Positions 57,169 through 64,000 of a stretch of DNA of 64,000 nt are shown here, piece by piece. Numbering within the stretch: the stretch's first letter is position 1; each line of letters starts with the position of its first letter. The stretch lies in sequence record OR496884.1; one strand, given 5' to 3'. Under the pieces are notes generated by a model. It made no database searches, was not told the origin of the DNA, and saw only the letters and a program-made list of their open reading frames with translations. A program made the position numbers and the translations under genes.

Positions 57169-57561
57169 TTAATAAATTTGTAACCGATTGGTTATTTTTT
57201 CATAACCTTTGTTTAACTGTTCTAACAAGATTTTTTGGTCATTAGGTTCTAATACCTGCATACCTTCGTTGAAGAATTCAAGAAACTTTTCTTTATCAAA
57301 TAGTTCTTCTCGACTAAACCATTTCTGAGTTCCCTGAAATCCAGGATTATCCCACTTATGCCACGTAACTTGACAGTGTATCGTGTGTTCTTTGTCGTTT
57401 GGAAATATTCGTTTGAGATAATAAATTAATACCATTAAATCTTTATGTTTGTAATGAGCATTAATTTTTTCAATAATTTCGGCATCCCTACCAAAGGACT
57501 TTAAACAAAGTTTGATCATTTCCTTTAGCAACGCGCCTGTCGGGCTGTAATCTGAGCTCAT
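57169..57561 (-). CDS. Hypothetical protein (130 aa)
   Basis: TAATG coupling to the upstream gene. Confidence 0.6.
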   Translation of the reverse strand: MSSDYSPTGALLKEMIKLCLKSFGRDAEIIEKINAHYKHKDLMVLIYYLKRIFPNDKEHTIHCQVTWHKWDNPGFQGTQKWFSREELFDKEKFLEFFNEGMQVLEPNDQKILLEQLNKGYEKITNRLQIY

Positions 57562-57989
57562 TACAGTTTTTCCATATTGGACTGGAACCAGGGAACAGCG
57601 CACGGAAGATCTTGATGGTCTTTTCTTTCCAACCATTTCAGATTTTTCAACTTGACATTGATGCGACCGTATTTGCGCCAATCTCCTTGAAGGAATTGTT
57701 TACGGATATGGTTTTTAACATACTCAACCATATTTTTAGTAGTAGGGTATTCTTCAGCAAACAGATCCAGCCAGGAAATAACTTCTTGTCTGGGACCAAC
57801 CATGGCAAAACTGTGTTCACCACCATGATGAGGGCAGCCGGTGGCATCCGGCGCTAATTGATAAAGATCGTAGTTGTTGTAAAGCAGGTGGAACAGTGCT
57901 TTCCCCGTCACACTAACTTGGGGAGCTGTCAGATCAACACGAACATCTACTGGACCCAGAGTAGTTTCAAAGTCATCTGCTTGATACAT
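57561..57989 (-). CDS. Hypothetical protein, paralog of 55990..56394
   Basis: AGGAG RBS; host-like codons. Confidence 0.65.
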   Translation of the reverse strand: MYQADDFETTLGPVDVRVDLTAPQVSVTGKALFHLLYNNYDLYQLAPDATGCPHHGGEHSFAMVGPRQEVISWLDLFAEEYPTTKNMVEYVKNHIRKQFLQGDWRKYGRINVKLKNLKWLERKDHQDLPCAVPWFQSNMEKL

Positions 57990-58022
57990 AGTTCTCTCCT
58001 AAATTTGAGAATATCTTTTTTT

Positions 58023-58424
58023 TTAAACGGAACGAATGAAAACAAAAGAGGGAAAGTTTTTTGCAATTCCATTTTGACATGTTGTTAGCTGGACAAACCC
58101 GGCATAATCATCATGAGCTACCGAGGCGATTATCCAAGCTTGCCTTCCTTTATGAAAATATTGAGGATTGGCCAGCAAAAAAGATTTTGTCTTTACTTGA
58201 TGCTTATATTTCTTTGGAACATCAAGTTTAGAAAATAAATTAATAACTTCTTCTCTGGAATTGTAAGGCCTAAATCCAGGTCCCCCTATGTGTACCTGAT
58301 AGTCACCGGATTGAACCATTTCATCATCATTTAAAAATCTTGCGGTCCCTTTAATTCCATTGGGAAAAGTATAAGGGAATGGTTTGCAATTTTTTATCTC
58401 TTGGATTAACTGATCAATGGTCAT
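58023..58424 (-). CDS. Hypothetical protein (133 aa)
   Basis: Fills the gap. Confidence 0.55.
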   Translation of the reverse strand: MTIDQLIQEIKNCKPFPYTFPNGIKGTARFLNDDEMVQSGDYQVHIGGPGFRPYNSREEVINLFSKLDVPKKYKHQVKTKSFLLANPQYFHKGRQAWIIASVAHDDYAGFVQLTTCQNGIAKNFPSFVFIRSV

Positions 58425-58443
58425 TTATTATTTTTCCGATAAT

Positions 58444-58833
58444 TTATTGTATGTTATCAAAATCGTCATTAAACAAAACAACAACATCTTTTACTGATTG
58501 GTGAAAATCCTTTTCCAAATTAATCTGAATTTCCTTCCCACGGATTTTAGTGTTCAGAATCCTTGGATTTTGCCCTAAGACAACAGTAATGACATTTTTA
58601 GCAAAGAAGCTATCTTGATCTACTTGGACACATTGTTTACCTAATTGAAAAACAATGTAAATCTCTTCAGAATAACATCTTACCGATGTGTAGAGATCAA
58701 AATTTCCCATAGGCGTTACTTCACAAAAAGTCGGAAGAGGGGCGTTATTTTTAATCAAATAACTTACCCCCATGGTGAATCCAAAAATAAATCCAGTCAA
58801 TTTCTCCGCTACTTTATTGTCGTCTATAGCCAC
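58444..58833 (-). CDS. Hypothetical protein (129 aa)
   Basis: AAGGA RBS, GTG start. Confidence 0.55.
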   Translation of the reverse strand: MAIDDNKVAEKLTGFIFGFTMGVSYLIKNNAPLPTFCEVTPMGNFDLYTSVRCYSEEIYIVFQLGKQCVQVDQDSFFAKNVITVVLGQNPRILNTKIRGKEIQINLEKDFHQSVKDVVVLFNDDFDNIQ

Positions 58834-58879
58834 GATATTTCCTTTTAATTTGGTTTATTAAAAATAATTTAAACAAAAC

Positions 58880-59302
58880 TTAGCGTTTAAATTCTAACAG
58901 TGTTTTTATCACTTGATCATCATTTTTAAGGTCTGGTCGAATAATTCCAACCATTTTCATAACAGCATCAAACCCATAATTTTTGTTAACAAGTATTTCA
59001 TTATTGGTTATGTATGAATACCATAACTTGTGGTTACCGTGTAACCGGCTAAGATCAAACCGAGGGAATTGATCTGAATGTCTAGGTGTCAAAGCTAATT
59101 TATTGTCTGTAAAGAAAAAGATGGTTGTCGATTTCATAACACGAATTTCCATCCAGTCCCAGTTTTTCAACAAATCAACCAGTTCTTTAGGAAATACTTT
59201 AAGACCATGTGTCTTGCTTGTTTTACAATTTATGATGGCGTATTTCGGATAAACACTGACCACAGTTGCCGGATCACGGAAAATCAATTCTTTATTAGAC
59301 AT
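58880..59302 (-). CDS. Hypothetical early protein (140 aa)
   Basis: AAGGA RBS; first gene after the promoter motif at 59347. Confidence 0.6.
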   Translation of the reverse strand: MSNKELIFRDPATVVSVYPKYAIINCKTSKTHGLKVFPKELVDLLKNWDWMEIRVMKSTTIFFFTDNKLALTPRHSDQFPRFDLSRLHGNHKLWYSYITNNEILVNKNYGFDAVMKMVGIIRPDLKNDDQVIKTLLEFKR

Positions 59303-59346
59303 GATTAGAATTCCTTTAATTAATAATACATGTTAATGACATTCTA

Positions 59347-59363
59347 ATAATATCTATTTAAAT
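59347..59363 (-). promoter_or_regulatory. Putative early promoter
   Basis: Minus strand atttaaatagATATTAT. Confidence 0.5.
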
Positions 59364-59563
59364 TATTATGGATATAAATAAAATAAGGAAGGTTATTACG
59401 CTACGCTACATAACCGCTATTTAAGCAAACCCCCTTCCCCTATCCTACCGGATACATCTAGTCACATTATATTGACCATCACACTTAAAAAATAAATATT
59501 TAACATTTTAATATTGTAGCAATATTTCGTATAAGTCAACCAACAATCAACAGGGATAAAGTA

Positions 59564-60697
59564 ATGTCTTATAGCGTTTTCAATCAAACTAAAAATGATC
59601 AACTTAAAGAATACATGTTCTTTGGCCAGAATGTAAACGTCTCTCGTTACGATCAACAGCGTTATCCTATTTTTGAAAAATTGAGTGAAAAACAACTGTC
59701 CTTCTTTTGGCGTCCAGAGGAAGTAGATATTTCCAAAGACCGGATTGATTTCCAATCACTTCCTGATAATGAAAAACACATATTTATTTCTAATCTTAAA
59801 TATCAGACTTTGTTGGACTCCATTCAAGGTCGCTCACCAAACGTTGCTTTTCTTCCAATTGTTTCTATACCGGAATTGGAAACCTGGATAGAAACATGGG
59901 CTGCTTTTGAAACAATTCACTCTCGTTCTTATACCCACATCATCAGGAATATTTTTAATAATCCGGCTGACGTATTTGATGATATTGTTTCAAATAAAGA
60001 AATTCAAAAACGTGCAAAAGACGTTTCTAAATATTACGATAAGTTGATTTATCTTTCTAATCTTTATCATTCAATTGGTCTTGGAACACACATAGTTAAT
60101 GGCGAGACTATTGTAATTAATATGAAGGAGTTAAAGAAAGCTCTTTATCTTGCGATCGTTGCTGTTAATGCTTTAGAGGCAATTCGTTTTTATGTTTCAT
60201 TTGCTTGCTCCTTTGCATTTGCTGAAAGAGAACTAATGGAAGGTAACGCCAAGATTATAGGTTTGATTGCAAGGGACGAGGCGGTTCATTTGACCGGCAC
60301 TCAATGGATGATCAATTTGATGGCTGATGGTCAAGACGATCCAGAAATGCAATTGATTGCAATGAACTGTGCTCAAGAAGCTCAAGCAATAATGAAAGAC
60401 GCCGCCGCCCAAGAAAAAGAATGGGCTGATTATCTTTTTGAAGGCGGTTCAATGATTGGGTTAAATAAAACTATTTTGTGTCAGTATGTTGAATATATTA
60501 CTAACATACGTTGTGATGCAATCAAATTTCCTCGTCCATTCCCAGAAGTTAAAAGTAACCCTATTCCTTGGATAAACTCTTATCTGAGTTCTGATAATGT
60601 TCAGGCTGCTCCGCAAGAAGTTCAGAGCTCTCAATATTTAACTGGTCAGATTGAATCCACAGTGGAAGATGGCGCGTTTGCTGATATGGAAATTTAA
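59564..60697 (+). CDS. nrdB: Class Ia ribonucleotide reductase beta subunit
   Basis: [25 protein letters not shown] (radical Tyr), LEAIRFY, RDEAVH, PQE...QY; closely E. coli-like. Confidence 0.97.
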   Translation: MSYSVFNQTKNDQLKEYMFFGQNVNVSRYDQQRYPIFEKLSEKQLSFFWRPEEVDISKDRIDFQSLPDNEKHIFISNLKYQTLLDSIQGRSPNVAFLPIVSIPELETWIETWAAFETIHSRSYTHIIRNIFNNPADVFDDIVSNKEIQKRAKDVSKYYDKLIYLSNLYHSIGLGTHIVNGETIVINMKELKKALYLAIVAVNALEAIRFYVSFACSFAFAERELMEGNAKIIGLIARDEAVHLTGTQWMINLMADGQDDPEMQLIAMNCAQEAQAIMKDAAAQEKEWADYLFEGGSMIGLNKTILCQYVEYITNIRCDAIKFPRPFPEVKSNPIPWINSYLSSDNVQAAPQEVQSSQYLTGQIESTVEDGAFADMEI

Positions 60698-60708
60698 ACA
60701 ATAAATAT

Positions 60709-60743
60709 TAAGGGAACTACTGACATTAGTCAGTAGTTCCTTA
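60709..60743 (+). terminator. Terminator hairpin after nrdB
   Basis: gaactactgac-atta-gtcagtagttc, extended by taagg/cctta. Confidence 0.75.
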
Positions 60744-60795
60744 TATAGTCTCTGTATGGATTTTATGGCTCTTTCAAAGGACAAGGTTACCGAAT

Positions 60796-63700
60796 ATGAC
60801 AACTGAAAAGAAAACGTTTCCTAGGTGGGTTAGAGACCCTTTATTCTCACCAATTAAACAGTTCTTAAATAAACGTTTAAAGTTAATTAATGAACAAGGT
60901 GATTTAGTTGATCAATTACTGGCAAGCGATCGTTATAAACAAATGAAGCCGGAAGACTTTGTAGCGGAAGATGTTTTTAATTCCCTAGATGGAAAGAAAC
61001 GGTTTTGTTTAGTAAGACGGAATAAACAATTTGCCAGAGTAGATCTAGAATTAGAACAAGTTAGATTAAAAGACATTTTTAGTGATCAAAGTGTTCCTTT
61101 TATTTCTTTGGCTAATCAAGCTGAATTTACCCGTAGATTTAAACTAGGTGAAATACAAAACAAATTACTTTATTTAGCTTGGCGTGATGCTTTTGGCGTT
61201 TGTTTTGAAAACGGTAAAATAATGGATCTTGCTGAAACAGATAAGTTGTTTAACCACATCTTCTTTGATGAACTTCATTTAGAGCGTGCAGATGAAACTA
61301 CAATCGATCCTAATACATTAACGAGTGGGGTTATTAGGGTTAATGATAGAAGTTGCTCAGATCAGGTTGTGCACGTTTTTGTAACCGAAAATATTGTTGA
61401 GCAATTAGCCCTTGATCGTATTGTTGATAACTTCCCGACCACAATGATTTTACGCCGTGGTGATAGTTTTAGACATTTAACTAAAATAATGATTGGTGAC
61501 GAAGACGTTACGGGAATTGCGGACGTCTCTTATGTGAGTGACCATAATCGTATTAATGTATCACAAACTACTAACAAGTTAGAAACTATCTTTAAAGCTA
61601 TTCGTGGATCCAGTACTGAAGAGTTGACTGAAAATGTTACAATCAATATTTCAGTTAACTTTATGGGGGAAACATTTACTAAACAAACGGTGGTAGTAAC
61701 AAGGATTGTTCCTGACGTTAATAGTGAGTTAAAATTAGAAGGTTATCCGATTGAAGTAACTGTTCCAAGTGGAAGACAGATAGGAATAGTTGTTAAGGGT
61801 AAATTTAATAACGAGAATGTTAGTTTTACTCAAGCGCCTTCTATGGTGACTAGTTTGGTAACTGGGGTTACATTAACAAGCCAAGGTAGTTATCGAGGCG
61901 GTGTCCTTTATCTTGGAACGTGTAATGCTAATGTTCCGCAGGGTTCATCAGTGAGGGATTTATTAAAAGGAAATTTTGTTTATTTACTTAATGGGATTGC
62001 TCATAACGCAACTGCCTTTGTAGAGTTAACAATCAATCCTTCCAACCCGGATTTACCCGGTTTGATCAATACAACATTGACACCAACGCTATTGGAAGGA
62101 ACGCAAGGAAGTAACGGGAATTTTACATTTGTTAATGAATTAAACAATGTGGTCATTCCAAATACGCAATTAGATATCCCGACTACTGATTTAGGTACTA
62201 AACGTTTAATTAGATTTACTGGATTTACAACAAACAAAGTAAACTACACGTTGTTTAATTTATCAGGTAATCCAGGAACAATTGAGTCAGAATCGGTAAC
62301 GTTTACCACTCGTTATATTGACCCAATCACAGCGATTGTTTATACCAGACAAGATTCAGTTACTTCTAAAGTAATTACATTATCAGACTTGGCGTTAATA
62401 CCTTTATTAGACCAACCTATTTTTGCCGAAAAATATGATTATGGTTTAATGCCGTTTAAACCGTTAATCAATGGTAATCAGGATAACAGTAAAGTTGTTT
62501 CTATCGAGATCATTGATATTAATAACTATGTTAAACCCACTATTTTTGGTAATAAACCAAAAGGGACTTGGCAAGTATTTAATACGGGGACAGAAGAAGA
62601 AACAATTTCGGTAAGTTTTAAAGTAGGTTTTAATGTTGACGAAACTGTTCGATATTTAACTGCTTCTCATGATTTTAAAATTGCCAGTTGGAGTGGAAAT
62701 AACTTAGGTGTTATTCCTAGAGAAATAACTATTTCTGGGAAAGCGGGTGAGTCAGGAGAGTTTACTCAAAGTTTCTTTGAAAACATGACCTTTGCTAATA
62801 CTCGTTTAAATTTCATACCTGAGTTAAGCAATCTTCCACCAGAATTAAGTATTGTAGGAAAAACCCAAAGTAACACGGAATGGTTGAAAGGAAGTTATCA
62901 GTTATTTACAACCGGAAGTTATGTAGGATTTCTAACCTATAGTTTAACCGACGGCACTAATGATGACGATAGTATTAATGTTCCATTAAAAGCAACGATT
63001 CTTCCCGGAGAAGAACTCTTCTTTAATGTAACCGGAATAACGGAATCAAAACCATTATTGCCTGGTGTTATTAATTGCAATGTTCAATACAAAGGTGTAA
63101 ACATCCCGTTAAACGACCCTAGAGTGCGTTTAGAAGTCGAGCTAAGCAATGAAGCGGAGAATGTATTCACTATCGGTCAAACAAGCTCAGAAGGTGTTAC
63201 ATTTAACAGTATTGTAGACAATATTCCAATGGGTGGAAATGTTATTTACGATATGACAATTGAACTCAACTTTATTGATGACTTAGGGGTAACGCAAACG
63301 CGTAGTAAAGAAGTTGCGATTAAACTTTATAGAAATACATTTACTTCTGTTATTGCAACATTTGTTACTAATCCAGTGAAACCAATTATCTCCGATCAAG
63401 TTATTATCATTAACATTAAAGATCCCGATAACGATCCTTTACCCGGAGGATTGTTGGATAGTGTTTTAATCACCAATGATGATAATCAATTAGGTCCTGT
63501 TCAAAGTTACCGTAATGCATTAACTGAGAAACGTGGACAAGCGTTAGGAAACTATGAACTAAAAACAACAACTAACCATTTTGGTGGTAATTTAAATACT
63601 ACACTAAAAATCAATATTGGCGGCAACGTTGTTGATGTTATTGTGCCTGATACTCACGTTCAAATTTCGCCAATTAAATCATTGGCTAGCAATACGGGGA

Positions 63701-63996
63701 TTGCTGTTAATAATGTTAGTAGTGAAATTAACTTTACGTTAAAACAAGATAAGTTAAACAATTTAAACGTTCCAGTTGTCGCAAAACGTATTGAGAATAT
63801 TCGTTTTAGTGATGAGATGTTTAATGATGTTACAAATCTAATTATGATTGATAATAATGGAAATTATAAACTAGATCTTGTTTCTGCAGGATCTGTTGGA
63901 ATTGGTGTAATTGATTTTACATTAATAACCAATGAAATTAATAATACCGAAATACCATGGGAGATCAGCTTAGAAATTAACATGATAAGAGAATAA
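60796..63996 (+). CDS. Large tail-fibre/baseplate-like virion protein with beta-rich Ig-like modules
   Basis: 1066 aa; N-terminal domain shared with 45378..45968; T/N/V/I-rich beta-strand repeats. Confidence 0.6.
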   Translation: MTTEKKTFPRWVRDPLFSPIKQFLNKRLKLINEQGDLVDQLLASDRYKQMKPEDFVAEDVFNSLDGKKRFCLVRRNKQFARVDLELEQVRLKDIFSDQSVPFISLANQAEFTRRFKLGEIQNKLLYLAWRDAFGVCFENGKIMDLAETDKLFNHIFFDELHLERADETTIDPNTLTSGVIRVNDRSCSDQVVHVFVTENIVEQLALDRIVDNFPTTMILRRGDSFRHLTKIMIGDEDVTGIADVSYVSDHNRINVSQTTNKLETIFKAIRGSSTEELTENVTINISVNFMGETFTKQTVVVTRIVPDVNSELKLEGYPIEVTVPSGRQIGIVVKGKFNNENVSFTQAPSMVTSLVTGVTLTSQGSYRGGVLYLGTCNANVPQGSSVRDLLKGNFVYLLNGIAHNATAFVELTINPSNPDLPGLINTTLTPTLLEGTQGSNGNFTFVNELNNVVIPNTQLDIPTTDLGTKRLIRFTGFTTNKVNYTLFNLSGNPGTIESESVTFTTRYIDPITAIVYTRQDSVTSKVITLSDLALIPLLDQPIFAEKYDYGLMPFKPLINGNQDNSKVVSIEIIDINNYVKPTIFGNKPKGTWQVFNTGTEEETISVSFKVGFNVDETVRYLTASHDFKIASWSGNNLGVIPREITISGKAGESGEFTQSFFENMTFANTRLNFIPELSNLPPELSIVGKTQSNTEWLKGSYQLFTTGSYVGFLTYSLTDGTNDDDSINVPLKATILPGEELFFNVTGITESKPLLPGVINCNVQYKGVNIPLNDPRVRLEVELSNEAENVFTIGQTSSEGVTFNSIVDNIPMGGNVIYDMTIELNFIDDLGVTQTRSKEVAIKLYRNTFTSVIATFVTNPVKPIISDQVIIINIKDPDNDPLPGGLLDSVLITNDDNQLGPVQSYRNALTEKRGQALGNYELKTTTNHFGGNLNTTLKINIGGNVVDVIVPDTHVQISPIKSLASNTGIAVNNVSSEINFTLKQDKLNNLNVPVVAKRIENIRFSDEMFNDVTNLIMIDNNGNYKLDLVSAGSVGIGVIDFTLITNEINNTEIPWEISLEINMIRE

Positions 63997-64000
63997 CATA

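Noticed and set aside
59461-59476. NrdR-box-like tcacattatattgacc upstream of nrdB
   Set aside because: Only about 11/16 match to the recalled consensus, with no clear second box; AT-rich background makes this unconvincing.
1-64000. tRNA, rRNA, CRISPR arrays, IS elements, stop-codon reassignment
   Set aside because: No cloverleaf T-loop signatures, spaced repeats or transposase motifs were seen; genes are full length under the standard code.

Overview
AT-rich (about 35% GC by eye) segment of a phiKZ-like, nucleus-forming jumbo phage (Chimalliviridae-type). The host is probably a gammaproteobacterium, inferred from an E. coli-like NrdB and CTG/ACC/GGT-rich early genes. Left half (1-30.6 kb) is the conserved core: three virion RNA polymerase subunits (gp178-, gp180- and gp149-like; the gp178-like ORF runs off the left edge and is missing from the ORF track), a 2373-aa gp181-like tail protein with a GH19 lysozyme domain, UvsX/RecA, an SF2 helicase, an RNase H-like protein and head proteins. 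Right half (30.6-59.3 kb) is a minus-strand accessory/early region with a recurring TTT(A/C/G)AAAC-NN-ATATYAY early-promoter motif, about 18 long hairpins, dTTP-supply genes (tdk, DHFR, thyA), a GroEL-like chaperonin with a ClpP-like protease, an HslV-like Ntn hydrolase, a GNAT, a CYTH enzyme and many unknowns. It is followed by a solitary nrdB and a long tail-fibre-like gene. Best leads: a PagP-like outer-membrane lipid A acyltransferase, a tandem pair of minimal protein-kinase-like genes driven by an early promoter, a paralog split by a one-base frameshift in an A7 run, and a stand-alone copy of the tail-fibre N-terminal domain. All family assignments are motif recognition from memory; no database search was run. 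No tRNA, rRNA, CRISPR array, intron or intein was seen.
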